64,000 nucleotides of DNA, from assembly GCA_002269645.1 (NCBI GenBank), contig NIVC01001344.1, positions 62,001 to 126,000 of the forward strand, in the 5' to 3' direction. Of this stretch, positions 9,958 through 24,434 are shown piece by piece. The notes beneath the pieces are model-generated. The model was given only the letters and a program-made list of their open reading frames with translations, ran no database searches and was not told the origin of the DNA. Positions within the stretch are counted from its first letter, which is position 1; each line of letters starts with the position of its first letter. Position numbers and translations under genes: made by a program. This DNA is from Macrostomum lignano (taxonomy: Eukaryota).

Positions 9958-10673
9958 CTGGCCGATCACACCGAGACTGTCAGCCAGAATGGCGCCCAGT
10001 CCGGCCGGGTCTGGCACCGGCACCTTGCTGTAGCGGCTCAGTTTAGCTCCAGTCGAGTCCTCCCTGTGATAGTGCACCAGCTCGCTGACCCGGGCCTCCT
10101 CGTGTCCGGGATATTCGCGCAGCTTCAGACGGCCAGAGTTCACCCTCACAGGTTTAGGGAGAATTGGAGTGATAATATAAGGACTAAAGCAGCAGCATCT
10201 CATGTCAAGACTGGATGGGAACAACAATTACCTTATGTAATGGGATTAGCATCACCTTATCTTAATCTGAGGACTAGACAGGGCTGGTGGCATTTCAACA
10301 TGGATTGGTGGCATTTTATTTAAGGAATAGTTCTAGGGTTTAGACCTTTATAGATCTAGGAAGATGGTGGCTTTATTTTGGGGATATAGGGAAGTGGTAG
10401 CTTGATCTAATGCGAAGGATCTTGGAGGGTAATAGTCACTTAGAATTACTATCTGGGCTGGGATTATGATTAGCTAAGTCTAAGCCTTTTAATAAAAATG
10501 ATTGTACCTAACAAAAATAAGCAATATTAAAACAAATACAATTAGGCTTACTTGTAAAACGTGTCAATCATATTAATCACTTTTGGTGGTGGATTTTTAT
10601 CAGATATAGCAATTGCTTTGGCTAGAAAATCATCAAAGTTGTGAATTTTGGCTTTGATTTCCACATTGCACAT
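9958..10673 (-). CDS. CYTH-domain (CyaB/class IV adenylate cyclase-like) protein: exon 1 10673-10552, exon 2 10144-9958; remaining exons not found in the window
   Basis: The spliced product reads MCNVEIKAK...IDTFYKVNSGRLKLRE...ELVHYHREDSTGAKLSRYS...DPAGLGAILADSLGVIGQ, matching the CYTH ExK, DTFF..GRLKLR and LGV.G.V motifs. The GTAAGC donor and AG acceptor give a phase-2 join. Confidence 0.8.
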
Positions 10674-12373
10674 TTTTAATGTTATTTAATTAAGATATAA
10701 CAGTTGAGACAAGAAACTGAAATTGTAATGTAGTAGTGCTTCAATACTGTACGAATTTTGAGCAATAAAGGTATGTTTTCTTAGAAACTAAACTCGTGCG
10801 AAATACTAGATAAATATTTTGTTTCACCGTACCGAATATTTTTGTTTTACTGCGCAAAATAAATTGGGGAATTATTTTGTTTTAATCGTATGGGGGGGAA
10901 ACCACTATATATAGGAGCGATTTTATAGCAAATAAAACAACTGTCTTTTCCCGTGAGCAAATAATTGCGAACAGAATAAGCAGTTCAATCTAAACCATTT
11001 CAAAGTCTTTGAGCTAAATAGCGACTTATTAATTTGCAAAACCTGTGAAACGATTCTAAGAAATTTGCTAAGAGAAGGGAATTGGGACTAATTCTTGGAG
11101 ATATACTAAGAGAGGCGCCGTGACCCTCTAGTCTCGGTGAACGCCCGATTAGGACTATACACTAATACATATACCAGTACTAGACCGCTCAGGCCATAAG
11201 CTACTAGAACGCTACCAGAAAGCAAGCCATAAGCTACCAGAAACGCTACTAAGAACGCTACCAGAAACGCTACTAAGAACGCTACCCAGAAATATTTAAA
11301 TGAAATTCTAAGAAATAGTTAGGGAGTAAAAGCAAGTATAATCAGGATAACTGTAGTTGGCAAATCGGTGGGATTAAAATTGATAAAGTAAGAGGTGAAA
11401 GGCCTGTAATAATTTTGGTGGCAGCTCGTAGGATATTTAATAAACACTAATAGTTAGAAGTTTAGAAAGACAGAGCCAAAAGGCCTGTCACAGTAAATTT
11501 ATAAGATTATAAGTTTAACTGTTGATAATTAAGGGTATAAAACAGATATCAATATTGCCACTAAGGGCATAATATAGAAACAAGTAAAACAGCAATTTAT
11601 TCATTGTTATAACAATACCCTTTTTCTTAGTTTTGATTTTCATAAATTACCTTACCTTAGGTATAAGTATATCTATAATCTATTTTTAGTTGTTTTTGAT
11701 TGATAATACTACTGATACTGATAATTTATATACTACTATTGTGAATATAAAAATTACTATCTAAAAGCTAAGTACTATATATTACATATTAACTCAACCA
11801 TAGACTGCATGGTATCAATATATATATATTCAAAATAGCTTAATGCTAAGCTAGGGCCTAATATAAACTCAAGTCTAAGATAAACAACAATACATATTTA
11901 AGAAGTATACTCAACTCAGTAACATTGAAAAGTTGCCACCCTTTGCCCAAGTAAGCAGTCTTTTGACCAGTATCTATTACCTGGCCAACTATTTTGATAT
12001 TAAAAATGCTTGAAAAAAACAATGAAAATTGGAAAGAAGCTTCAATCTATCTAATTTTTGCTTTTTACTCTTCTTAATCCCTTGTCAGTCGATCCAACTC
12101 TGTCACATGGCATAAGTTGCATGATTTTGCATCATTTAAAAGTCAATACTGAGCTAGGCCTATAATTTACTGTATACTTTTAAAGATAATGAATTTTTTA
12201 ATATTGTTGAGTATTTATTATAGCTAAAATAGTATAATATTATACATGCATCTGCATGGATATTGTTTTCAACCTTTATAATATAGCATCATTTTTAATA
12301 TACTTAAAGCAATTATACTTTGAAGCTTGGCACTTGTTATTTGCACAGTACTAATGTTCTGCTTATACATGTA

Positions 12374-12521
12374 CAACCTTGGGAATCACCTGGCCATTTC
12401 TATTGGCAACACACACATGTGTAAGTCACTATTGGCTAAGAGTAGTCACCTGACTACTATTCTGTCTAATAGCAACTTATGTGTGTTGCCGATAGAAATG
12501 GCCAGGTGAATCCCTAGGTTG
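12374..12521. mobile_element. Short fold-back/MITE-like element with about 45-bp imperfect inverted arms
   Basis: CAACCTTGGGAATCACCTGGCCATTTCTATTGGCAACACA on the left pairs with TGTGTTGCCGATAGAAATGGCCAGGTGAATCCCTAGGTTG on the right. No convincing TSD was seen. Confidence 0.5.
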
Positions 12522-13419
12522 CATCCAAGAATGGTTCTGTTATAAGGAAGGTCTATGTATCATAGCTATAGCCATCAATAAAACTATGGCTTATTCTAAT
12601 TTTCCATATTCTATAGCCGTAGGGACCCCAATATAACCATATTCCTATAGTTCCCTTAGCTATAGCTATAGGCTATAGCAAACAAAATATTTTGAATCAA
12701 GATACCTAGTGCTTAAACAACTGCAAATTAAATTAGAAAATAAAAGAAACACTTAATTGCCTTTGTAAGACTATATATTGTCTTTTTACAGAGCAATGAT
12801 CCTTAATTGCTACTGAAAGTACTAATGCTGAACTTTTTCACATAAATAAAAATTAGAGTTTGCTAGTGTTTTATTGTACTTTATTAGGTATATTCTATAA
12901 GTTTCTAAGTTGATAATACATTTTACTAAAGTGTCTTTGCTTTACTTTACCTGTTTCTAGTTACTAGCATTTTTTAAATCTTTTTAAATTACTCGTAATA
13001 ACTACTATGGAAATCTATGGAATATGATAGCAATTACCATATTTCCATAATTGTAGCTATAAGAGCAGCTAGCTACTATAGGCATATCTGTAGCTGCCAT
13101 AGGTATCTATTTTACAATATTTGCCATAGGATCCCATCATCCCATAGCCATAGCTATGGCTACAGTGGAACATTATATAGTACCACAAGCTGTTGAAACC
13201 CGCGGATTTTGAACCCGGGGAATTCCAATCCCCGGAACTACTTTTGCATGTATTCTGAAATCTAAGGCCATACACAAACAAATTAATGTTAGTAGGATAG
13301 AAGTAGACATAAAATGGAGCACATTCGTTTAAAATTAGGGTTTGAGACATTGTTGGCTGGGGTACTGCGCAGAATGTCAGGCAATGTCTGTCTGACTCTA
13401 AAACATATATTGCTAAACT

Positions 13420-14500
<1,081 letters not shown>

Positions 14501-15019
14501 TGCCTCTCAGCCCTCAGTCATGAGCTGGATTCTTTATCTGGCCTTCAAGGTAAAAGTCTGACCATCCCTGTTTGGAAAGCCAGTTTGTGGGACATAGTAC
14601 TCTCATGGTTGTTCTCATGCTTAGATCCCGTCATCTTTCTTGCCAATTTGCAGTTGCAGCCCTGAAAGGAATTTGTGTATCTTCAACTTCACTGCAGTCT
14701 GCATCAGTCTAACAACCAAGGAAATACGCATTTCTTAGAAGGCCATTTAGTATTTACACAGTACCTTTAAAAGAAACCTAAAATTTCCATGGTGTGCCTA
14801 ATTTAGTAGGGTTGTATTGCATTGCATCGCATTGCCTTTTCATAAATCTCGCTTTTACAAACCATGCTGGATTCCCTCGATTTGCCAATTGCCAATTGCC
14901 ATCCACTGTTAAACTGCTGCAGAGTTTGCCAATACAGAGGGGAGGGCAGTGGTTAGAATTTCTCACTAAACTGTTATGGCTAAACGTAGCCTCTCCACTC
15001 TCGGGGTGCAGAGAAGGCT

Positions 15020-15740
15020 ATAAATAAAGTTATTCCAAAACACTGTACATTTGCTATGTACATTCAGTCCTATCGCCTGACCTTTCGTCTGGCTCTGGGG
15101 CAATGAGTGAGTGAGTGGCACAAACAACAAAAAAAGCAGACAAACTTCACATGCTTACAGTTTCTGTTCTGATTGAGTTAGAGAGTTGAAACTTTACATT
15201 TAGACAGAGAATGAATCAAAGAAGAATTGTGTTAAGTTAGAAGTCAATCGCTTCACGTGGAGCAAACTTATGGCAGCCGAAAGTTAGTCATTTTAAAACC
15301 CATTTACACTTTGCCCAGATCGGTAAAGAGGCAGGTGGGCGGAGGTTGGGGTGGCTGTCTCGCTGAAAAAAACAGCCAAACTTTAAAAGTGCACAGCGCC
15401 ATTCAGGATTAACTTTTTAGACTCGAAATTTTACACGATTGTGTCAAAATAGTTGAAAATTGATTGTGTCAAATTTGAAGAGGATCGGTAGAAGTGGAGC
15501 GGCGCTAAGGAGGCTTTAGTAAAAAAATCGCGAATTTTGAGCAGTTTTTTGCACTTTTAGGTAGGAAGACTCAAATTTAGGAAATTTAAAGGTAGCCTAA
15601 GACATTCTCCGTAGTGAGTTTAGGGTGGGTGTAAAATTTGGTGTAATTTGGTTGAGCGGTTTGGGAGTCCATAGCGATCAAAATTGTCCACACACAGACA
15701 GACACACACACACACAGAGTTTTGATTTTTATATGTAGAG
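15020..15740 (+). mobile_element. Non-autonomous repeat, Helitron/DINE-1-like, copy 1 (approximate ends)
   Basis: Shares CACTGTACAnnTGCTATGTACAnTCAG and GGGCGGAGGTTGGGGTGGCT with 16830-17665. It ends in an (AC/GACA) microsatellite plus a T-rich tail. The family assignment is inferred from this architecture. Confidence 0.4.
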
Positions 15741-15939
15741 ACGAGGCCAACTCCTCCGATGGAGGAGAAAGGGGAAGAACTCCCATCACCGGAATTCCAT
15801 TCCCTGAAATCCATCAGCTGAAATTCCATGACTTGAATCCCATCTTCCAAATCATCTCCAAATCCTCTGTAAAGCCTTTCAAATACCATATCTTGTTTTC
15901 CCTGTTCGCAAAAACTGACTGCCATTGTCCAGACTCAGA

Positions 15940-16350
15940 TTCTTCTGTCTCCTCTCTTCTCTTTTCTCTCCTCTCACGTCTCTCATCTCTACCACCTTAT
16001 TTATCTCTTCTCCTCGTCTTTCGTCTTTCTCTCCTGTCTCCTTTATCCCCTGTTTTCTCCTCTCTCCTCTCTTCTCTCCTCTCTCATCTCTCATCCCTCA
16101 TGCCTCATCTCACTATTTCTTTCTCCTCTACTCTCAGCTCCTCTCTTCTCTCTCCTCTCATCTCTCCTGTCTCCCTCTGCTATCTCATATCTTCCCTCTC
16201 ATCTCCTCTCTCCTCTTTTCTTCTCTCTCCCTCTTCGTTCCCGCCTTACTCCCCTCTTCTCTCCCATCTGTCATGTCTAATCTGTCCTCTCTCATCTCTA
16301 CTCTCTTTTCTATAATCTCTTCTCTCTTCTCTTTTCACTCTTCTCTTTAC
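15940..16350. repeat. CT-rich low-complexity tract
   Basis: Directly visible. Confidence 0.85.
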
Positions 16351-16384
16351 CCTCTTTACTGACTGACTGAAGATACCAAATCCA

Positions 16385-16680
16385 TAAAAATCCCTTCGTG
16401 AAACAGAAATCCTCTCCGCGAAACAGAAATCCTCTCCGCGAAACAGAAATCCTCTCCGCGAAACAGAAACCCTCTCCGTGAAACTGGACTCCTTTCGAAA
16501 TCCAATCCGCGAAACAGAAATCCTCTCCGTGAAACTGGGCTCCATGGAAATCCTCTGAGTGAAACTGACATCCATCAAAATCGTCTCCGTAAAACAGAAA
16601 TACATCTAGATTCTCTCCACGAAAAAGAAATCCTCTCCGTGAAACCGAAAACCATCAGAATACTCCGTGAAACTGGACTC
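16385..16680. repeat. Degenerate ~20-bp tandem repeat (GAAACAGAAATCCTCTCCGC)
   Basis: Directly visible. Confidence 0.8.
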
Positions 16681-16829
16681 AATCGAAATTTTCTCTGTCA
16701 AAAAGAACTTAACTCTCAGAATTCATTGGTTAGGGTTAGGGTTAGAGCTGCATAGAGCTGCGTGTTGAATTAATTGAATCAATTAATTGCGCAAACCATT
16801 TCTCAGTCAGACAGTATCAGTCTTATTTA

Positions 16830-17665
16830 AAGTTAAATAAACGGTTGCGCAATCTAAATCAACCCTCCAATACGCAGCGGCAGACCCCCTTCCAATACGC
16901 CCAACTTTATCTATTACGTCTCGCAAAACTGAGTACAATTTTTGCAGAAAGTTAAAAGTATGGAAATAGTTTTTTAAATGCGGTGCTTTCTCTTTTCATA
17001 TTTAAAGCATACAACTTATATCCCCGAACTCAGCGCTGCAAGATCTTTCCAGCAATATAAGTCTCTCCTCTCAAAGTTTAAAACTCGAGGAACAGTTAGC
17101 GTTTGAAATTTACCGATTTCCCGACTGCTTGCTAGAGAAGCTCGCAAGTTTATTCATTGAATTTCACTGCCAAACTAATACACAGGGCTGCCAATAATAA
17201 AACCAAATGAATCTCGACACAGTCTATCTATTTACACTGTACAACTGCTATGTACACTCAGCCCAAGCCCAACCCCCGTTCTGGGGGAAGCATTAAATTT
17301 AATTCAACCCCCCAATACGCGGGGGGTTTTATTTGCATTGAACCCAGAACACGCGCACCCACCACCCCTCAATACACAGCGGCCCGCGGGCGGAGGTTGG
17401 GGTGGCTATTTTTACAAACTGGCTGCAGCCCCAGGCAGAGTGGCCAAAGAAGGTTATTGGGGGTTAAAAAAGCAGATTTATGCTTTTTTAGGGATGTTAA
17501 AATGTGAAAATTAAAAATTAAAAAAGCCTAAAGCCTGCTCCGGAAAATTTGCAGTTTTCCCATATAAGTTTCGACGCTGACTTACCAGAATTGTAGGAGT
17601 TCACTTGCAACATACAGACAGACAGACAGACAGACAAACATCGCGTCGGTTTTAGTATTAGGAAG
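16830..17665 (+). mobile_element. Non-autonomous repeat, Helitron/DINE-1-like, copy 2 (approximate ends)
   Basis: Shares blocks with 15020-15740 and has (GACA)n followed by TTTTAGTATTAG. Confidence 0.4.
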
Positions 17666-20600
17666 ATATTAATAATATTGTCATTATTTATACAACAACT
17701 AAAATAAATACTAGTTTTATATACAGTATAGTATAATATAGCTAGACAGTACAGGTGAGGCAGAGACAGTAAAGAGGAGGCAGAGACATGGCACACATGT
17801 GACAGTGACATACATGTAGCATAAGTATGGCAGAGACAGTGCAGGTAAGACAGAGACATAGCAAAGGTATGACAATGGTCCAGTTATATTTGACCATAGA
17901 TCTATCCTTTTAAAAACAAATGAGTGGCACACCAAATAAGTTGCATTCTTGTTCATTTCTTTTGAAATAGCCTTTGCATTATTAATGCTAATAGTATGAG
18001 CTAATAAAAAAACACTAAGCTATAAATATATAAATTATACCTAAACTCCATTTACTGGCTTAAGATAGGCCCTAGTTTAAATTTTTTATGAAAGTAATTT
18101 AAGATATTAGGACAAATATTGAGTCTAAGATAACTATTTATAAGGATCTGGAGAGATTTATCTCAAGTTCTGTGTAAATAACACTAGCAATATTTATATG
18201 GTACTATGCAAATAACAACTACTAACTACATTGAAGGCTGAAGCTTAAATACACAATATAACATATGGACATCAACATGATTTAGGCTTAGTGAATAATA
18301 CTTAGCTTAGACTTAGTCAATTGTAAAATTTAGGGGGCCTATCGTAAAACAAGTTTGCACTTTGCATGTCTTTTTTAAATAAGCAATTGATTATTTTTGC
18401 AATCATAAAATTATGAATCATCAAAACATCACCTAAATATTAAGCAACTAACATGACTAGGCCTACGTCTTGTTTCAAAAGTTACACTTGGTAAATGTAA
18501 ATTGACTAGCACATAGATGTACATCCAACGACCAAACCAACATGAAAAGTAGTAGTAGTAGTAGTAGTAAGTCGAATGAACTTTAATAACGACGAAAGGA
18601 ATTTAAGTCGACCCACGATGTAATAATTTAAATTAAATGAAGCAGTTAAAACAAAACAAGCTAAAATATTCACAGAAGTTAACGTTGTATATATACGCTT
18701 AAAGAAATTAATTTTATAGTATAACTACTTGAAATATTTGACTTTCTGGAACAAAAAAGCATTGCAGTTTTGAAAACCCATGTGTCGAAGAAACTTACCA
18801 TTTTTTATTTGGAACAATTCAGTCAATGAGTCAATCAGTCGTAAGTGCAAAGTTTTATCAAGAAAGGCAAATAAAAAATATTGACATTAAACTTACACAC
18901 GCACACACACACACGCACACACAGACAATGACACCGACTTACAACTGAGAAACAAATGTTGGTGGAGTTTCAGCTCGATACCATACCAACATGCCACATT
19001 GCCACTATGCACTATCTATCAAGCTGCACTGTGGTCTGTGGCTGACTCTGTCTCACCCTTGTCTGAGCAGGAGCGATTTCTGATGTCTTATTGTCTTCTA
19101 TTAAAATGCATGATTTCAAAATTTGTATGACAAATCGATATTCGACTAGGCCTACATGTAATTTCGCTTTATTTTGTTTTTAATTTAAAATAGGAAGCAT
19201 CGAAAATCGCTTCTGCTGAGAGCCACATGCCACAGTAGTAGGCAGTAGGCTAGCACCTCTAGCTGAAAATTCACCAATATTTTCCCCAGGGCCCAATATA
19301 ATATAACTGACTGAAAATTGGCATCAGATTTGTTGTGTTCCTTTTTAGGTTAAACATGAGAATATCCGCTATTGCTTATTCTATTGTATAGGGACTTCAG
19401 TGAGTTATAAGAAGTGCGTGCCAATGGCAAAAAAGTAAGAAAAAAGTCCAATTTTTCAAGGGCGATTTTAAAGAAACTATAGAAGCCAGGATAAAAGTAA
19501 AATATGCATTTAAAAGGTAAAAAGGAGCTCTTTCAAATGACACCAACTGCAAGTCTAGCTTTGTTATACTTTTTGCACTGTCTATTTTTAAAGTTGACCA
19601 TTTTTTAGGAGGAATATAAAATTGAAGCCAAAATGAATAAAAAAACAGTGGTTCAGAAAATGCTTTTTCTTAGCTGCAATGTGTTTCTTATAATGGAAAC
19701 AAAGGTTTTATAGTGTAAAGGGATAATTTAGAAACATTTTTCTGGTGTTAAAAAAATTTTTTTTTTCTTTTAATGCCTATATGGCTCTATGCAAAATTTC
19801 AAATCCAAAATTTTCCATGAAATCCTTTTCCTGCATTGTTTCTCTTTATATTTTTCATTACCTATTGACAATACAAGCACAGTAAAAAAAACCGCTTGCC
19901 AATAGCTATAGGCGCAAAAATTTTGTGGAGGTTTCTTTTTTTGATACGTTTACATGTAAAATACCCATTGAAACGTGTATTTCGTGTTTTTTGTGAGACT
20001 CTGCCTTCCGGCAAACTAGTTCTCTGTGTCATTTAACTAATTCTGCTATGCTGAACACGATAGACAAAACCGTTTTTTAATAAACCCATGCGCAAAGCCT
20101 GTACAGCACATTACATTGCAGTTGGGGTGTCTGTCATGCATTAAAAATTTAGGGCAAGAAGTAGAATAGTATTATAGTAGGTAAAAACCTGAACAAAATG
20201 ACACTAGCCTTGTATAAATTAAGCAAGCAGAACAGATGCTATTGTATTTTTAAAATTGCAATCATTGCGTATCTGGTTAAAATAGTCAAAATTTCATACA
20301 CCCATCCTGTTTCAATTAGCTTAGCAACTTGGGCATATAAAATAATATTAAAATATATAATTCATACAATTAACACTAAAAAACTGAACAAAATGACACC
20401 AAGCACAGTCATTTTGGTTGGCTAGAAAATTAATTACGTGTTCAAAGACAAAAAGCCAACTTTTTGGCCAAAAATGATCACAAACCGTAATGTAAAAATT
20501 CCATTGGCTAAAGGCACAAATCGGGGTTACTAAAATAGCTGTAGTTTCCTTATTACTCAACCAAATCACTAAAGTTTGGCCATTTTGGAAATGGGAAAGT

Positions 20601-21291
20601 AAGATCTATCTAGTGAAATAGCAGCCTATAACAATTTCTGAAATTTAATTTTCTCACTGAAGTGCCTATATTGTATTTATTATTTGTTCTATAATATATT
20701 ATAGGTCCACTTTTAAACTAAAGTGTAATTGCATTCTAACACTTGAAAAATAACACTGTTAGAACTAGAGTTTGATTTGCTCTAAAATTTAACAATAAAG
20801 TAGGCCTAGGAGTTGGGGATAGATAAATAATAGAGATCTTTTTTGTTTTGAATATTAGAACTTTTTTCAAAATGTAAAAATAGAAATCATGCAAAACAAA
20901 ACATGTGTTGGAATAAAACAATTAATCATGAGATTACAATAGTAGTAGAAAATATTATCTCTACTATAATTTATACTAACTTTCACCTTCCAAATGAAAA
21001 CCTATAAGTATATTCAAAATTTCTAGCATTTTCTTTTTTATAGTATATGACATTGATATTAGGTATAGAGCCTATTGGATATTAATAAGATTTTAGACCA
21101 AACATTACTTAACATTATATTATATTACATTAACTAAGTTATAAATAAGATTAGACAACTCATTGAAAATATTTTTTACCTTGAAAATAAATATATAAAA
21201 AAGTTTAAGTCCAATCATAGTAACAAGATTTTTTCTTTTGGTATAAATTTTTTATTTATGATATTGAAAAGGACATCATTAAATAGCATAT

Positions 21292-22063
21292 GGCTCATTC
21301 CATATAAGCATGGTCGTAACATGACAGGTTATTTTTACTTATAAAATGAAATCTAATAATAGAATATACTAAACCAATATTTTAAATGAAAGATTATTTT
21401 GTCTAGAATATATTTATAGAGTTTCATATAGATATCATCATTAGTATAGATGCTATTAAACCTTAAATGACACTTATGGTCGTAACGACAGGATTTTTGA
21501 CATATAGAAACTAAAAGGTAAAAGTCTTATAACATTTTTCATTTTTGATATTTTGCAATACATTTTTAAAATTTGACTAAGAACATCTTTAGAAATCATA
21601 CTCTTTTATTAGAATATATAAACTCAAAAGGCAACAAAGATACAAAAGAAAAGGCAGCCTTATGGTCGTAACATATTTTTTTCTGTCAATTCAGTAACTT
21701 TGAGGTACTAATACATTAAAAATATAATAGATTATTTGGTCACCAATGCTTTTATCTGATGATGCAAGTACTATACTTTTATCTATAGTTTGTTTCAACC
21801 TTCAAAAGCTTTCTATTTGTTTTTAAAAGGTACAAAATTTTAATGATGTCTTTTGCTTCGAAAAATGTCCAAATTTTTACAAAAATGACTTTTTGCCAAT
21901 TGATAACATACTAATCCAACATTTTACCATTCCTTTATTCTTAGATTGTATATATTGCACAATATAAACATTTGGTAAAAAAATAGGCTAATTAGGCAAT
22001 GGCAAGCAAAAATATTGACTTTTTTCTATTTTCCAAATATGTCCATCTTATATGGAATGAGCC
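21292..22063. mobile_element. 772-bp MITE with 17-bp TIRs and an ATAT (or AT) target duplication
   Basis: TIRs are GGCTCATTCCATATAAG and CTTATATGGAATGAGCC, with ATAT at 21288-21291 and 22064-22067. ATGGTCGTAAC is repeated three times internally. Confidence 0.75.
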
Positions 22064-23284
22064 ATATTAATTTTTAGATTGAAAAGATCATTTTTGTCCC
22101 CTTTTGTTGTAGTCGTACTCAAGGCTATTGATTTTAATAATAAATTGGAACCTTTTTGCTCCATCTAAATTTATTCTAGTTTTTATTAATTAAAATATAA
22201 AACTAGCTATATATAGCCTTTGTTTCATTTTAAGCATTTCTAGTGAAATGACACATTTTGGCTCTAGAAAGCCAAATGTATTTTAACCAACAAATATGCG
22301 CTCTAACTAACAAAAGCTGAGGACACGACCCCAATCTCAACCAATGAAAAACAGTTATGTACTATCCAATGCGATCAAGACTGAAAAGTACTATAAAAGC
22401 CCATGTTAACCAAGCAAGAAGCTCGCCTAGCCTCGCCTCTCTTTCGCCTTTCTTCTCCTTTCTCGCTATTCTAACTACTTTTGATTGACACAGTTAGGAT
22501 CTCAACCCAAATACTAAAACTGATAAATTGACTCACTAAAACTACAACAACAACCAACCCATGTTCCACAATAGACTGAACCTTTGGTTCACCTAAACAC
22601 CTAGAAACCCCTTAGAACTCAAACAAAACTAGCTTCTTATTTGGAATTCCATCTTAGACATTATATTTTGTAAGATAACATCTTGAGATTGTGACAATCA
22701 AATACAACAGTCTATAAGTTACCATCAAGTGTTTGCATCATCAGGAAAAGTCAGTTGAATCCGCTGCCTCAGTTATTTGGCTCTCACATTGATATTTGAA
22801 ATAGACATAGAGCCATAGAAGTGAGAGACCAGAAGAATGATAACAATAACATATATTTTAAAATATTTCATTAGCATATTATACAATTTGTGTGATAGGA
22901 CTAGTATGGGCTAAGGTCAAGATAAATTTAGTCTTATTCATTCTTATTGTACAGTGCACAGATGAGATACTGTTAATAAATGGTAGGTTAAACTATTGCT
23001 ATCATTCATTACTTTTCACTATATTGCAGTGAATGATAGAGGAACTATTCACATTAGATTTATTATCACTAAAGTGTGAGAAAGTTGAAAGAAATTAATT
23101 TGCCTTTTAAATAGGCTATGGGAAAATTTTGGCTATGGAAATTCTGGAAATTCCCTACCCCCTGAAATTCCGGACAAAAAAATACCATTCTCCCTGAAAT
23201 TCTAGACAAAAAATTACCACTCCCCCTGAAATTCAAGAGAAAAAACCCTTCCCCCTATATCCCTTCCTCTAATTAATTTGGGGC

Positions 23285-23875
23285 TTGTTCACAGAAATTG
23301 GCCAGAGTTTTGTTCTGCGATTCACACCCATTGAGGGCCAACCCCCTTTTTTTAATTAGAGGCAGGGGGGTTGTGTGCACCCTGGCGCACTTTAAGCGAC
23401 ATCTGCACACAACCCGCGAGAGGCATTACTGCCCATTCCGCCGACTCCCCTGAGCAGGCATACAAGCGTGTGGATACATACACAGGCACACACTCACACA
23501 GGAGTGTACAGCGGCCCTAACTTTATTTTATCGTTAGGCATGTACACTTCACTGCGCCTTGGGGGGTTGGCTCTCAAGGCCATTAATTGCACAAGCAGAG
23601 CCAAGCCGAGATTCCAATTCAGCCCCAAATTAATGCAACTGCACTTGGAATCGAGCCTGGGTCGCTGGCACACCAGAGCAGCTGCGCTACCGCTGGGCTA
23701 CGACCCCTTGGCCAAACCCCAAGGCACAGAGAGTGTGCGTGCCTGACAGGATTAAAAAGTCAGGGCTGCTGTACACCCTGTGTGAGCGTGTGTATGACTA
23801 CATATCTGTATACAGTATTCGCGCCCTTGCATGTGCTCAGGAGTCAGTAGAATGGGCTGAATCGCCATCAGCGCT
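23285..23875 (+). mobile_element. Older copy of the same SINE family, split by the minus-strand copy
   Basis: 23285-23346 and 23710-23875 join to give the body seen uninterrupted at 29890-30085 (GAGGGCCAACCCCCAAGGCACAGAGAGTGT...CTGTACACCCTGTGTGAGC). Confidence 0.65.
23347..23709 (-). mobile_element. Full-length tRNA-derived SINE
   Basis: The minus strand starts GGGGTCGTAGCCCAGCGGTAGCGC (A-box-like) and has GGCTCGATTCC (B-box-like). It continues into the body shared with other copies and ends in an A7 tail (T7 at 23347-23353). Flanks are GGCCAACCCCC and GGCCAAACCCC. Confidence 0.7.
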
Positions 23876-24008
23876 GGTTTTGGTATGATGTTGCTAATGG
23901 TGCCTGCAGCCCTCTATTAGATACCTGACAATATTATTATTGTTATTATTGTTTTTTAACACTTATTAAAACACAGGCTTAACAAACATTCATGCAGCAG
24001 CGTCAATC

Positions 24009-24434
24009 ATGAGCGACGACGAAGACAATGACGCTCTGGACGAGCCGCATCGGGACGACAACGATGGCGGCAGCGTCGGCGGCGGCGACCACCTGGCCGA
24101 CGACGATATTGGTGGCGCCGGCGACGGAACCGGCGGTGTCGAAATTTTAACGTCTGGCGGCGCGGCTGGCGCCGGCGGTCCAGTGGCGCCTCACGAGCGA
24201 GTGACGTCAATCTACATGACTAAATACGAGCGCGCTCGAGTATTGGGCGCCAGGGCGCAGCAAATCTCGCTGTGCGCGCCGGTTATGGTTGAGTTAGAAG
24301 GCGAAACGGATCCGCTGAAGATTGCGGAGAAGGAGCTCAAGGCTAGAAAGATTCCGTTTATTATTCGGCGCTATTTGCCCGACGGCAGCTACGAGAACTG
24401 GAAGGTGCAAGATCTCATTGTTGAGGGCACCTGA
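24009..24434 (+). CDS. POLR2F: DNA-directed RNA polymerase I/II/III subunit RPB6 (RPABC2), single exon, 141 aa
   Basis: An acidic N-terminus precedes [18 protein letters not shown]...[16 protein letters not shown]...[18 protein letters not shown]. Confidence 0.97.
   Translation: MSDDEDNDALDEPHRDDNDGGSVGGGDHLADDDIGGAGDGTGGVEILTSGGAAGAGGPVAPHERVTSIYMTKYERARVLGARAQQISLCAPVMVELEGETDPLKIAEKELKARKIPFIIRRYLPDGSYENWKVQDLIVEGT

Noticed and set aside
11050-11440. Possible LTR end with a tRNA-Leu-like primer binding site (TGGTGGCAGC at 11416-11425)
   Set aside because: No second LTR, no TG...CA boundaries and no gag/pol remnants could be identified. A 10-bp match alone is insufficient.
16731-16748. 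TTAGGG telomeric repeats
   Set aside because: Only two to three units, too short to call an interstitial telomere.
22100-22570. Solo-LTR-like segment with CCAAT and TATAAAA motifs
   Set aside because: No TSD or defined ends could be established.
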